A stretch of DNA of 62,390 nucleotides, filler included. It is 10 parts of 10 records of this genome, joined end to end, with 100 filler letters (N's around TTAATTAATTAA, not from the genome) between each part and the next. Parts side by side here need not be neighbours in the genome. Positions count along the whole stretch, not along the records: positions 41,857 to 55,644 come from SRR9670534_1165; positions 55,745 to 62,390 come from SRR9670534_1167; 8 more parts are not named here. One strand, written 5' to 3'. How positions within the stretch are numbered: the stretch's first letter is position 1; each line of letters opens with the position of its first letter. Shown here one piece after another: positions 45,886 through 60,557 of the stretch. The notes under the pieces are model-generated. The model searched no databases. It was not told the DNA's origin and was given only the letters and a program-made list of their open reading frames with translations. The position numbers were made by a program, and so were the translations under genes.

Positions 45886-48800
45886 ATGTTTCTTGTACAG
45901 TTAATGTATCATTTGGTACTGCTATGTTGGTTTTGGTTTGGAATTGTCAATGGATTTTATTTAAGCAATTACAAGGATTTAACTGGAAAATGCCACCAAT
46001 CTTACTATAAAGCCCCAGAATGCATGTACTATTCACATGGGGGCTATTATTGTCATTGTGGTCCTGGATTTTCATGGAATACCAAAGTATGCTTAGCTGC
46101 CAGTGTTAATTCAAGACTTGAGTTTGAGCCCGTGTTTCAGCAGTCAAAAACCCTTTCCTATGCTGCACTCTTGGATAAAGCCTTCCCATCTCTGACTCAA
46201 CTAACGATTTCATTTTGGGTTAATTTGCCCTCCAGAATTTATGCTGATGCATCGAAAACCTCCTGGAAACCAACCCTGCTGAGTTTGGCTCCCAGACATG
46301 GTCACGATGTTGATGCTCACGATACAAACAAACCTCTCTATTATTTGGTAGTCATTGTTTGGCCACAGATAAAATTTCAAGTTTGTAACGAAACCATCAC
46401 ACTTCGAACTCATAAGCTATCCTTCGATGCATGGCATTTTTTGGTACTTTCATGGAAATCTTTTAATGGACAAGTTTCTATATTCTTAGATGGAGAACTT
46501 GTGTTTCGAAATGCCCATTTAGCCAGTGCATGTACCATTAAACCAACAGAAAATCACACCTTAGTTCTTGGGCAAATGCCTTACCAAAATGAGTCAAAGA
46601 AAGATGGCAAAGACCAAATTTTGTACATCTACACTAAAAGCCATTCCTTTGTAGGCAATATTTCACATGTTAATTTTTGGAATAAATTTTATGATGATGA
46701 TGGTATAGGCTGGGTAAATCAAACCATGAGAGATTATACATTCATCATGCCAGGTTGTGGAAATATTGTTGAGTGGAGTGACTTTAGGTTATTTAACTAT
46801 GATTTCGTCAATAACATTATTGGTAAACTTTAATTTTTCTTTTACTTTAGGTTAGGAATTCGAGGAAATGCAAAGCTGAGATGGCCTTCGGATATTCCAT
46901 ATTATTCAAAAGTAACTTATTTTAATCAAAAACAGCTGTTTGAGGACTGCAATAAATACTGTGGTTTTAAATATGGATCTATTTGTAATGCAGAAATCAG
47001 GGAAAGTATTTCATGGCCAAGAACCAAGGTTAATGAGTTGGCCATGGCGCCCTGTCCCGCCATTGCAAATGGTAATCCAAGTTCTCACACAACTGCCCCT
47101 TCCAACCAATCCCAGCAACTAACGATGTTGAAGGCCACAAGAATGTGTGTCATTAGTCCAAATGGTGTTGTGGGTCTTTGGCAAGAACCAAACATTACTT
47201 CTTGTGTAAATGAAAGTTTCAAAACAATTTTCGAAACAGCAAAGTTGTATTCGAGAGAAAACTTTGGACTATCTGATTTGATGGATTTATTGAATGACAT
47301 CAAAAACATATCTTTACATTTAACAAATCCTTCAGATTTGGGTATTCTTATAGATACTTTGAAGTTAGTGCTAGAACTTTCTAAAGATGCGTATTCTAAG
47401 GAAGACTTGAAATTTCCCATCAAGAGAAGTCAAGAACAAGCCTACCATTATTTACGTGTTAAAAGTTCAGATGGTAGTGTACCTGCAGATAGCATTTTTG
47501 CTATGGGTAACTTAATTTTAAACATCACAGATGGTTTGCTAAGTGAAAGAGCTTGGGATAACACCCTTCCCAAGGGAGGGGAGGCAGCAGAATTGATACT
47601 TTGCTTGAAAGACTATCTGGGTTTGGTGGCTCAAAGTTTAACTAATGCTGTCACGATCGATTTTGTTGACCTGTCAGAGGCTTTCCTGGCTTTTCATGGT
47701 GAAAAAATTGACGCAAAAGTTAAACTCTACAACAAAAAGATAAATTTTAATAGTGGCATTAATTTTCCTGATATTTTGGATGAATATAAGTATAAAATGC
47801 TACGGTCTTTAGGAACTGTAATGTTGCCCAATGATGGCTCAATTGCCAACAGTTCAGCATGGCCAGATATTTTTTCATTGATTATGGTTCGACTTAACAT
47901 ATCTGAATTGTTACCAAACACTAACCTTACTGGTAGCATCGTAGAGCCTGATTATAATGTTGAAGACAAAGTTAATTCCTTCGTATTTATGATGAGTGCT
48001 TGGGGAAATGGAACTTGGATTAAAGAATCAGCGAAAGGTGCACCTCTTGTTTCCCAAAGTTCTGGATCGTTACCAGGCCATTTGACACCATCATCCATCA
48101 CTTCCAACAATGAGGGTTCAGGATTGAAGTTTTTCTTTCCCTTTCGAAACAAGTTCAACATTTCGGATGAAAAATGTGTTAAACTTTGGAATGGTACACT
48201 GATAGACAGTGTTGGATGGCAGTACAATAACACTAACTGTTCTATCACAAATGTCAATGCAGATTATATCATTTGTCAGTGTGCAAATGAGACTCTCAAA
48301 TACGAATGGGGTGGTATTTACACTGCTACTTCTGACATGTACAACCCTAACTGGGCCAAACCCAATCCAAGACTGGCTTTGGTAGGCCCAATAAGTTTTA
48401 TTGGGTGTAGTGCCAGTACCCTCTCAGCATTGGTAACCTTTGTCATGTTAACTTACTTGGGCACTACTTCCTCAACCACTACCCTCCATAAACATTTCAG
48501 TATTGCAATCATCCTGGGCCAACTTTGCTATATGATTGGCATTGACAGGGTCGAAAATGCTCTTACATGTAAAGTATTTGCCATTGCTCTGCATTATTTC
48601 TTCCTTTGCATATTTGCATGGATAATGAATGAAGCATTTAATTTGTACATCTTGGTAACCTACTCAGCCCATGCTTATGGAGAACAAATTGAAGGAGGAA
48701 GTCAGTGGAAATTTTGGCTTTTAGGCTGGTTGGTCCCTGGAGTATTGGTTGCAGCTTTTGTTGGTACTAATACTAAGGATTACTGCTCACCTGATATGTG

Positions 48801-49485
48801 TTGGATTGATTGGAAGTACATTTGGTTATTTGTTGGTCCTCCAATTGGTATAGTTGCAGTCACTTGCCTAGTTATGACATTCAGTGCGAAAGAACACCAT
48901 GAAAGTAGTTATACCAAGAGTGGAAAGGCCGTGAAGAATGTTAACAATCATTTTAAGGCTTTGTGGACGCAAATGATCTTGTTGGTTATATCTTGGACTT
49001 TTGCTTTTTTGAGCTTAAAAAGGGCAGAACTAGTCATTAGAATTATCTATAGCTTGTTGACATGTGCCCAGGGTGCTTTTTTCCTTGTTTTTTATTTTCT
49101 CTTAAATGATGAAGTAAGGAAGATTTTTTATATTTATTACAAAAGATTTCAGATTGATGTTCCACATAATTCAGTCATTACAAACAACACTTCAAACAAT
49201 CCCAATACTCGGCTTCTGCACCAGGAAAGTGAAAATGAAGATGATGAAGAAGAGGAGGAAGATGCTGAAGAAGCAGCCCCAACAACAAAGACATTTATAA
49301 GTATTAATCAAAATGGCCAACGTGACGATGATGAAGATAGTGATAATACTATAGACATGAGAAGGGGTGGGCTGGATGACGAATTGGAGATGGAGGAATC
49401 TCCTGATGTATTCAAACCTTTGCTCCTACCATCCTCATCTAGATTAAGTAGTTCCACCAAAGATGTATTGATGACAAGTGTATAA
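45886..49485 (+). CDS. Adhesion GPCR: signal peptide, EGF-like, pentraxin/LamG, HormR, GAIN/GPS and 7TM-2
   Basis: One intron (46788-46850) joins the two ORFs in frame. WHFLVLSW..IFLDG (pentraxin); SWPRT..CP..ATRMC..W..PN..C (HormR); HYFFLCIFAWIMNEAFNLY and QGAFFLVFYFLLNDEVR (7TM-2). Confidence 0.92.
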
Positions 49486-51843
49486 TTTTGAAATTATTGT
49501 ATGGTATTAATAATAGTAGCATTATTATAATACATAGGTACCTGCCATTTTCACTTTGTATGAAATTTCAAAATCTTTTCCTTTATAGTGAAATAATGAT
49601 GTAGCATCTTCGAATAAATACTGCAAACAAAAATAGCAGCATCTTTTGAACATGCATGTGCTTATTTCATTTTTGCTATAAATAAATAAATATGTAGCCG
49701 AAAGATGTTAGATGAATCATAATTAATAATAATGATTAAAATATTATAATTCAGAAAAAACGGCTGAACCGCCCTGCGGCCTATTTAATAGACTGCAGTG
49801 TTCCGTGAAAATAGCGACATACTTTGAGCATTTTAAATTTAACTAAGCCTTAATAAAGGATCTGTTATACAATACAAGTGTCGTGTTAAGAGACTAGAAT
49901 TTGGGCTAATTTTTGCAAACGAGAGAATTGCTGCACTTTTTAAAAACATCTAAATATACTCCAGGCTTAGCTATAGCAGTAGAAGTTGTATCTTTTGCAC
50001 TATGGCAACTAGACTAATCGAGTATATTGCAGCAGTTAAAAATTTTATAGACTTTCACGCTTGCAAGCTTAAATAAACTTTTAATTTTATAGCACTATAT
50101 GCAATCAAAGTGCAAAGATTTCATTATTTATAGATTTTGCTTGCTTACAGTTTAGTTTATTGCAAATGTAATCATTGTTATAAAATGAACATATGCTCTA
50201 CTAAACGATAATTGTAAAGCAATCGAATTGGTTATTGTTATTTTCGATAATGCAAGAGGCCAACACATATGCTGCTATTAATAAGGTGGAATAAAGGTGT
50301 AGTTGTAGTTTTATTGCAACCCACACTGTATTTCAGACGATTATTATACAATTTAATAAACGATTTATGTTACAGATTTTATAGGAAGCATCAGGTCTTA
50401 TCCACAATAATTGAGATTTAATTATGAAGCAGGATGTTACACGACAGCGTTTGTTCGTGATAATGATACATAGTAGACCCATGTATTTTATATGTACATT
50501 TTCTTTCGAAATGCCAAGTGGAAGCAGCAAATTTAATAAATGTACTTCTTTGATACACATGCGCAGGTTTTTAGTAACTAATATAATAGGTTTGTTAACA
50601 GCCTAAACAAATATCAGATGTTTGACTATGGATCTATCACATTTTATTTTCCCGCTGTTTACTGATTTAATGACAGATGGCGCTAAACCCAAATGAGTTT
50701 GATCGAAGATAGACCTAACTTTTAACTAACGCAAAGTTAGTTAGTTTTGATCACAATCGCATAAAGCTACTATAATTGTTCAATTGTTCAGTATCATTAT
50801 TATCATTATTAATTAGTTGTTGAAAAATAGCCAGCTCTACAGGATACATGAGTAAACGGAAAATAGTCTAAATCTACCAAGAGTCTTCTAATAATGTGTT
50901 TTGAAGCTTACAGGATATGTTTCCAATACATCTTGGAAGCGTCAGATTTTATGAAGAAAGACTAGGATTTTTATGCCTATGCAGACGAACAATCTGATTG
51001 TTCCTTCTGAAGTGCTGCTTGATAATTGTTCAGGTTTCCCACTGAAATGCAATACACCTGTAATTATCACGTGTGATGCTGGGTAAATTGCAATAAGTAG
51101 ACTAATTGCTAATAACTGATCTTTCAACAATATTGAATTATTATTCTCAATAACACAGTCACTTCAAATAATAATGACAATGGAGCTTTAGGCCGTAGCC
51201 TGCCTATCATCATGAATCGCACAAATCGTGATTGAAAACCTTTTCAATTAATTTGTATGCTTAAGTTGAAAGTCGTTAAACCCTAGATAATTAGTAATCC
51301 TCAACTATAATACAATACATCTATTGTAGCATCATGCTATTAGTATGTATTGTACATATATTAGTGGGCTATGCATTATTATAATTATTACTATTATTTA
51401 AATCATAAATTAGCTTATTTGAAAGTTTACAATACATTAAAATCCTCGAACTGCGTTGTTGCATATTGTTCCATTGGTTCTTTCTTTCCTTTGTAAAAAA
51501 CATTGACGTTAGTTTAGTTTGCAGTTATCATTATTACTTTATTTTTCTTATAATAAATATACTAATCGTTAACACTTAACTGCTGCACCACCCATTTGGT
51601 GCTTAGTATTAAATTACACAAGGGATGATGTAGGCAGGTTACCAAGTTGACCAGGTAGTCAGTCACATCATCCTCTTAATGGATTGTAAAACAATACACT
51701 AGTATAGAGGTAGACGACGACGACGACCACACGAGTTTACTGTTTAACTATATGTATTAACTTTGACTTCAGCAGCACTATGGCAGCCATTGTTTTTAAT
51801 AGGATTACAAGGATGGTTAGTGTTTGCTTTATCATGCTGTGAT

Positions 51844-51870
51844 CTGATTGGTTAATCGTAGCTCCGCCCA
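51844..51870. promoter_or_regulatory. Inverted CCAAT box and GC box upstream of the RNF220-like gene
   Basis: CTGATTGGTT and CTCCGCCC lie about 170-190 nt before ATG 52038. Confidence 0.4.
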
Positions 51871-52037
51871 TTCCCTGTTCAAATTTATTATCCTATCAAA
51901 AAGACAAGCCAGGCAACAAATTGCTGCTTTTCCTTTTCAGCTAGCAAGCGCTACTATTGTCATTTTTTTTTCATCACCTACTATTTTAAAACGTTTAACA
52001 ATATTTACTAATAATTTACACTACAACAGTTCACATC

Positions 52038-54528
52038 ATGAATAATCCTAGTGGACTTTTATCCCAAACAGCACTGATGAATCAAATGCTGCTACATTAC
52101 GCTTATTCAGCCGCTTACCACCAGAACAATTCCACTGCACCACTATGCAGTCCTGGGGGATTAAATGGAACATCTAGTTCAGGTGGAAAGTTTGATCGTT
52201 CTCCATTTTTTATGGGAGGATCATACGGTAGCAACTGCAGTGGATTCCCTCCTTTATTTCACCACTCTGGATTGGCTACGTCTCCTTACAGTGCTTTTGG
52301 GGGATTGTTTAACAATTCGCTGCACTTATCAAAGAGTTCTCCTTCAAGTTACTCAGATTATTACTCACACCGAATGTTAAATGGAAATCAGAAATTCAAC
52401 AGTCCACTCGGTAGCAGTACAGTAATGATGGAAGACTCACCTCCAGCAGTGAAGAAACCCAAGAGTTCCTCAGCTGCATCTAGTCCTGCTGCAGCGGATG
52501 TGAATCCATTGAAAAGAGTAGAATCTGCTTCTGGTCCTACTACATGTACTACAGGTAAGAGAACTGCAATTTAATTAAGCATGATCTAGCTATTGATTGA
52601 TAATAAGGGTGTAGTATGTTGAAAAGTCGTGCCTACATTTCTACATACTCGGGTACTATTGCATACATGTACATGGGGTGGTTTTTTACTGGTCAGGGAT
52701 ATTGTAATATGCATTATGCGGATTACCTTTTTGATGTTGCACCTGTGCTAGTCGACAGTCCGTTTACACTATCAAATTCGATTCAGTCACTTCTGATGAA
52801 TAGGTAGCTTTTCCCACATAATAAAGTTTTACTAACACCCATTTCTAACGGTATATACCTGAGGGGGGTCTACTTGACTCTCTTTGCTTCAGTAATCTTC
52901 TTTATGTAGTGTATTAACTGAAACTAGATAATAACTGACAAACATGGTGATGGATACAAACAAACTCAAATCATCTGCTGCCTGCTCTATCCCTATTATT
53001 AATCAGGCCGCTTCTTTACTTATCACAGGTAATTAATAAATTACCTCTTCTACGTGTACTATTACCTTGTTTTGGTACTAATTAGCAGCATACTGTTGGA
53101 GTATGTTGTTTACCTGAGTACTTCATGTGCAGGTGTGCGAGACTCATTAAAAGAGCATCAAGTAGCTTACTAGTTTATCTCTACTTGGGTCTTTACAACT
53201 TCGTAACTTTATTATGAAGAAGAAACCCCTCAAGAAACCCCCTCTTCTCGAAGTAACAATAACTTGGACAATAGAAGTACTGAAGAGCATCTCTCGTGCT
53301 CACACCTGTAGGAAATTTGCACTTCTGTAGCTTCTCTATATCGCAGAATTCATAGTACTACTACGGGCTGTTATAATATTACTTTAACCAACTAAGTGGT
53401 TGGTTTCGCAGATGCATAATAAACATTGCACAAACCAAACTGATTGATTGATTAATTGCTGGCAAGCCAGCAGCTAACTGCATAGTATAGTAGATGGTCG
53501 GTAGCACTAACCATGTTACATCTTTATTCTTATAGCTCCAGAAAATGAAGATGAAAATATCAAATGTCCCATTTGTGGCCTCAAATTGAGTGATAGCATT
53601 GAAGCCATCGATGCACATGTTCGTGAGGAACAACACAATCTCATAGCACTGTAAGTTTTTGAACGAAAATTTATTGCTATTTATTACTACAGTAGTAATA
53701 CAAATAATACAGTGTTTATAAGCTTTCTAAACCATATAATAATACAAAATGGAAATTTATTTCTTAATAATAATAATAATACCTTTACAAACTAAAAAGG
53801 TATGCAAGTACAATATTATAAAATTTAAATTTAAAATTGAATACTTCCTGGAAAGCCTTTTCAGGTAACTACTAGTATTGATGACTATAGTCTATAGACG
53901 AGACCCTACAAGTAGAATTTCAATTCTCAGGATTCTTTAAATTTTATTATTCGGCTATGTTCTAGTTACTAAACCCTTGTGCGAGAATATGCCATACTAC
54001 TAGATTCCATTAGATTCTAGAATCGAGTAGTATGGCATATTCTCGCACAATGGTTATGATATATGTTACAGTAGCATCATGGTACCATTGACACCAATAA
54101 GTTATTGGCAATAACAGCATTAATTTCGTTCAGTTTATTTTGCTCACAAACCAACATATGATATCATAGTGATAAGATATGTACAATACATATTAACTTA
54201 TTAATATTGAATACAGTATTAGTAATACTATATTATCGTTTATTGTAAATGATTAATAAAATCTGCTAATAATATCTATAATCATGTCAATTTGTGTCTA
54301 CTTATGTGACGTGTCCGTGAATGACACAGTATGACTCGGATCGGATACTACACGATTTAACAATCGCTAAATTTTAATAATAATCATTGAATGCATAGTA
54401 GATCAATTAAGGTTCTTTATTAATTAGGTATACTATATGTATTTTCTAGGTATATAGGTGGTGATCCCAAAGAATCGAGTAACACCTATAAAGCAGAGTT
54501 TCAAGAAAACACCAAAAGTCGAGTTGAG
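52038..54528 (+). CDS. RNF220-like E3 ligase, first three exons (partial)
   Basis: Exons 52038-52554, 53536-53650 and 54450-54528 join in frame. KCPICGLKLSDSIEAIDAHVREEQHNL resembles RNF220 CPIC..L...L.EH..QELE.L. The RING domain is not on this contig. Confidence 0.55.
53977..54050. repeat. Intronic hairpin with perfect 25-bp arms
   Basis: TTGTGCGAGAATATGCCATACTACT ... AGTAGTATGGCATATTCTCGCACAA. Confidence 0.9.
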
Positions 54529-55744
54529 GTGGCTTCCATTACCAACTACGTATCGTACTCATACACATACTATAGCAAATGATAGATGGCCTATCTGTGG
54601 TGATAATAAATAACATAATAAAAGTGTCTTATGATAATAATGATGTTGATCATCACATGATTAATTGATAACAAGATTGATACAACAATTTATTAATTAA
54701 TTTAGACATTTGGCAAGATCAAAGCAAACAGAGTGGGTAGATTACAAGTTAAGAGCAAAATTAATTTGCTGTCACGAGCAGCAGCAAGAATTGAAGACTC
54801 CTGGGGGAAGGTAAAACACGTGCTTTCGTCGTTTATTATTTCATCAACATTTATGATTTTTCTTTTGTCAGCAGTCAAATATTCATGGTTACCATCAGTC
54901 TGGAGAAAGTAATAAAAGGTAGAGTGGCAAATTCGAGGGCACAAGCATGATCTTACATAAGAACAAGTGAAATTGCCTCATAAAAACCCATTTGTAACCT
55001 AAAAAAGTACCAAGTGATGTTTTTTATTTTGTTGCTACTGTGTGTTTTTTCATTTGCATTGTAGATCTTTGGTTCCTGTAATTTTCGTTTATGTCTCTTT
55101 GTAAATCCTATATTTATTATAACTAATAATCTACACATGTCCTTGTCAAAACAATGCATAATAATATTCATTGTGAAACATGACTTGCATTTTTCATGTA
55201 TTATTATAAATTATGATTCATATCACTAAGGTAAATGTAACAATAGGTGAGGTATGCAACACAATGGATGTGTACCTTTGTTGAAATATGTTTTGATAAA
55301 TACCATAATCAATCAATGTAATAAATGCACACTGATTTAGTAGAATAATACTAATAAAATACATAATACTAATAAAAAGAGTGAATAACTTAATTTTGAA
55401 TTGTTGCAATAACAACTGCAAGATGGCGGCGTCAAAATATTGTAAAACAGTTTCATTCACCCTTAGCTGTAATCACATCATTGTGAAGTTTACATCTTTT
55501 TCTTAGTGCCCTCTTAAAACATGGGTAGTGGTTGTTCAAGCAAACGTGGTAATACAACCATTGAAAAGGAGACAAAGGAAACTACCATTGTCCAGCAAAT
55601 ATGTAAGTGATCAAAATTATTATTATTAATTATTATTAATAATANNNNNNNNNNNNNNNNNNNNNNNNNNNNNNNNNNNNNNNNNNNNTTAATTAATTAA
55701 NNNNNNNNNNNNNNNNNNNNNNNNNNNNNNNNNNNNNNNNNNNN

Positions 55745-56658
55745 AAGTCTTTCATAACCCGCATATACAATATTTGACAATTGAGATGCAATAAAGACAT
55801 TATCAAAACAATTGACAATCTTTTCCATTGTCTTGTGAATAAGGGGCAGGGACTTATTGTCAACATGAATGCAGTAATGATTTTGTGGGCGCCATATGGA
55901 TTGCAATAACCTAACCGCATGAAAAATATCTTTATACATTACGATATCAAAGGCAATGGAATAATCTCCTTCTTCTGGGGTGGTTTTGTCAATAAAGCCA
56001 CCATGTTTTTTAAAAAGAGCACATCCAGACTTTGATTCTAGCATTGTGAACAGTTCTAAATCTGACAGGAGTTTGTAAGTTGCAGGCACTTGGCCGGTTT
56101 TAATGGCTTCATCACATTGGTCCTCTTTGATCTATGCACAATTGTAAGTCATATTGGTTGAACCAATTTGGTTCAATATATTTTACCCACTAATACCCAA
56201 TAATATTAAATTTAAAAATTCAATTAATTTGCAATGATCGAATCTTTAAATTTTTAACTTTTTATCTTATCAAGGGTGAATCATTTTTAATTTTCAGAAT
56301 TACTGAATTATTAAATGTTTTCAATTTTAACAATTTAATAAGAGTTTTCATAAATTATTAATTTTAAAATCTCAATTTAATTAATAAATTATGAGAAATA
56401 CGTTGCATTCATTGTATTGGCACTTACTTGTGGTTTTAAATAAACAAAAAGTTCTAAAATTTCGTCACTGATTACTACTTTATCATGACTTTTGAGTTTA
56501 GCAGTAGAACTAGAACGTTCTTGGTCAATTGGTTGAGGTATTGCTGTAAAAGATGCTATTTCTTCCATATCAGGAATTGGGAAATATTGAAGAAAAATAA
56601 GCATCATAAAAAGAATGATAGAATAAATGATAATGCGCCTTAAACGTACTTGGATCAT
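55745..56658 (-). CDS. GCNT: Core-2/I-branching beta-1,6-GlcNAc transferase (GT14), partial
   Basis: Type II TM exon 56658-56428 splices to an exon starting at 56131 with IAFDIVMYKD..RLLQSIWRPQNHYCIHVDNKS..CFDNVFIAS. Confidence 0.9.
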
Positions 56659-57093
56659 TTCGTAGCATGCTAATTGATCCCTTTGAACAACTTCATGGAC
56701 TATTCACTACATCTGTATACCTTTCACATTTCCACTTCCTTCTACAAATTATGATAGAATGTATATTATAATAAAAATTATTAAATGTATTCGTAAAAGG
56801 AACAATAAAAATCTTGTCATAAAAAATTAACAAGGGACGGGAAACAATTGTTTACGGAATGAGAGAAATGACGAAAATACTGTAAAAATCTTATTAATGA
56901 TATATATTCATAATAATATATAGAGATCACAGTGTTTTTAGTGCAAATTATGCCATTTAGTCCACGTTGAGATACGACAAAATATACTTGGACTAAAGGC
57001 AACAGTGATGATAACATGTATGAATATAATAAGGTGCGCAAAAGTAGTAATTTGAATTTGAATTCGATCGAGATCGTGAGTGAGACCAGCCAT

Positions 57094-60041
57094 TTAATTC
57101 TCTGGAGTTGGTGTTCGTGCAATTTTTGGTCTAGACTGAAATGGATCCTTCTCAGCTTTTGGGCTAAAAGGAAAAAGAATAAATAAGTAAACTGAACAAA
57201 TTCTTGATATCAATATTCACAGTTTGAAGTAGCATTTTGAAAGTACAATGTATGTATAAATTAATAATTCATATTCTAACATATTCAATATAGTTTATTT
57301 GAATAAAAAATGCACTCATATCAAGCACGCACTTTGGAATCGACTGAGGCTGGGCACTTTTGCCTTCACCAGGATTGGCTTTAGCAGACGTCTTTCTTAC
57401 AGAAGCTTGAGAACCAGAAGGATTCTGAATTGGACTTTTTAAACCAGATTCACGGCCTTTCAAGTTAGCCTGGCTGGAACCAGGTGATACATAGACAGTA
57501 CACAACAGTCTCTCGCCTGACAATTCACCAGGATCAATTTGTACACTTTCTGGATACATGAGTTCAATATCATCGTCATTATCATCAGTATCGTCCTAAT
57601 GTAATTAGCAATTACTAATATATAATTGTTATATACGCTAAAGCGTTATGTTACGTGGTACATGTTATTATTAATATTAAAACTACAACAATTTTCCAAT
57701 ACATCTTATGAATATTCTACAACATTTTAATAACACAAGAAAAAACCACTCAACCTCATTATCATCCTCAGCTTTAGGTTCTTCTGGTTCAGCATTTAAT
57801 TGCTTGACAACGAAGTCAATTTGACGAGCCATATCTTGGGTTAAACTATCCTTATAACTAATTAGCATTTCTTCCAAACCAAGAGATTTCGCTATAGTTT
57901 TCATCTGTTCAAGTGCCAGCAAGCTATACAGCGTACCATTTATATATGGTTTAATCTAAATTAACATCAATAACATTGTTAAAACTTGTCAGTGAAAATA
58001 AAGACATACATCCTGGCTTTCATGGCCAAGCAATTCCGCTAAAGTTTTAAATATATTTTCACCATATGGTATGCATATTTCTCTTCCTTTGGTTTTCAGT
58101 GTCAAATTCATGAAAAGCGCTACAACGTATTGCAACGCTAAATCACTGACATTCTCAAGTTCACTCATCAGAGACTTAGCAACCCATTCCAAAAGCCCAT
58201 TTTCAACAAAAGCTTCTTGAAGATTACGTCTCAAACTCAGCTTTTGTACAGTCGCAAATACATTATCCCACGTAAAGTTCCAAGCGTCAGAAGGGCGTTT
58301 CATCAAAAAATTGGACAGCTGCTCAATCAAAAAGCCTGATCTCTCAATGTATTCTCTACATTTGGCAAAAGATGCCAACGCATTCAAGAACCGTGCTATA
58401 TATTCATTTAGAAATGGTGGTATATCAGAGGATAACTTGGTCATAAGAGATTCCAAGATTTCAGGGCTACCATTTATTCCCAGTATATCATTTAATATTA
58501 TTTCCTGAACAAACTTGTCCAAGACCGGACCAGGATCTGTTTTAGATAACCTCTAAATAGACAAAATATAATGAAATTATTGATCAAAAATAGATTTACC
58601 CATCGAAGAGCCTGTAACAGCAAAATAATTTCTCTATCAGAACCATTAACCAAAGTAGCTTTAACCTTCTCATAATTTAGTGCACAAAAAACAGCAGCAT
58701 CACCACTAAATCTTTCAGCCCCAGCTTGTCTTAAAAACAAACAAATATTGTAGCAAATATAACACCATTTTATTTAATTGTAACCTTAACGAAGCATTGC
58801 TAACAACGGTTGGTTGAGGAGGAGCTGCTACTGATGTGCGTAATGCATTTCCAGCAGTTCCTGGCCTGCTGATGTTTGCGGGTAGTTGTCCATTAAAAAG
58901 TCTGTTACAAACTGACTGTATATACTCACTTGTGATCTGAAGTGGAAACAATACCATATTACGTATTTACAACTACGTTTCTCTTATTTATAATAAAATG
59001 TAGCACTTACAGGCTTTCCCATAACAGAAGCTTCCAAGGAATCTACTAGTTCTGCAGTTAATCCGATAATTTTGTGATAATCTCCTTGGATTTTATGATA
59101 GCGTTTCATGTAAGCGTTTAACTTTTTGTCTGACAAAATTAGCTGTTCTTTAAGTTTTCTAACTTCTCCATGAGAAACCAAAACTTTCTTCTTAAATTTT
59201 TTCTAAAGTTAAATTAATTTACTCATTTATAAACTATACTATTTTCAAAATAAGTTACTGCAGTATCATAAGTTATGATTCATAACTATAACATGTACTG
59301 TACAATGTACATGATGTACACACCATACTTGTTAGTAAGTATGTATTACTTACATATATTTCAAATAAACGGCAGCCAAATATTCCCTTTAAATTCTCAT
59401 CCATAAAATTTGATAAACGAGTTTTGCAGTTTTCCACAAATTCATCAGTAAACAAATTTGCATACGATGGATGATTCTTTAAATTAGGAACATAAGGCAT
59501 TGCATAATAAGGTAAGAATTCTGTAGTTTGACTTAGTGAAGCTCCTCTTGCTTCTAAAAACTTTTTAAAATGTGCCAATGAAGACTGAACTGCGGGAGAT
59601 TTCTAAAAATTTATTCTTTATTATTATTAATAACAAAAACAACCAGAACTTGGAAAAATGACTATTAACCATTGGTTCATCTGTTTTTAATCCTTTCAAA
59701 GGAAAAATTGCCAAATAGATATTTACATAAAATTCAGCCTTTTGACAATCCATATTTTTAGCTCTCATCTCATCTGGAATAAATCGATTCCAAAATCCAT
59801 AAAAAACCTTTCGATCTCCGTTGGCAAATGCATCCAAAACCTTGCTTTTTATGGAATCAAAGTCATCCACGGCATAAGCAGGATCGTCATCGGCTAATGA
59901 AATGGTTTGTGCAAATTCTTTCTGGCCTTTCTTGACGAATTCATCTTCAAAGGCCTTCGTGCTTTTCTTGAATTCGTTGCATTGGAGATATTCCTTGATC
60001 AAAGTTCCCAATTCAGAATCTATCGGAAGTTCACTGGACAT
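57094..60041 (-). CDS. ARMC9: LisH/armadillo-repeat ciliary protein ARMC9, multi-exon
   Basis: FLEARGASLSQTTEFLPYYAMPYVP, IQGDYHKIIGLTAELVDSLE, LLLQALRW, ARFLNALAS, QKLSLRR, VALFMNL and a terminal SRPKIARTP. Confidence 0.93.
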
Positions 60042-60557
60042 GTTCACTAAATTGCAAAATATAGGCATAATCGCAACTCATTGAGTTGAACTCATACAAT
60101 AATAAAAATAATACTGTATGTTGCTCCCACTATTACATACAATAAATATATAGCTTGTAATAGTGGTTACCATCAAACTCACAAAACACTACAATATTTT
60201 AGTAAAACATGATATAAAAATACTGCAAAATGATAATATTTCACGTTAATTGATCAACAAAAAAGGATGAATTAAAGTTGCTTATTAATAATACTAATAA
60301 TACGTAGTAATGATGTCATACAATTGTTATTGTTAACAATAAATCGATATAAGGATGAAATGCAATTGCAAATGTTGTAAAAAAGAATATACTGACTGTA
60401 CTATCTCATATAATTGCAAATTTTGCAGATAAAACTGTATTTGATAATATTGTATTTCACACAATAAACAATGATACATGAATCGTAATAACAGTAGTAA
60501 GTCTAGATGCAACTGTCAAGGTAGCTTGAGTTATTATATCGGGCATAAAAAGTAGAA

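Noticed and set aside
46912-46935. 24-nt GT..AG micro-intron in the GPCR
   Set aside because: It is in frame and stop-free, and other introns here are mostly about 40 nt or longer, so it cannot be distinguished from coding sequence.
53977-54050. pre-miRNA
   Set aside because: Perfect arms and ends shared with other hairpins fit a DNA element better, and no known seed was recognised.
60166-60178. RFX X-box upstream of the ciliary gene ARMC9 (GTTACCATCAAAC)
   Set aside because: The second half-site is a poor match, so it is plausible but not supportable.
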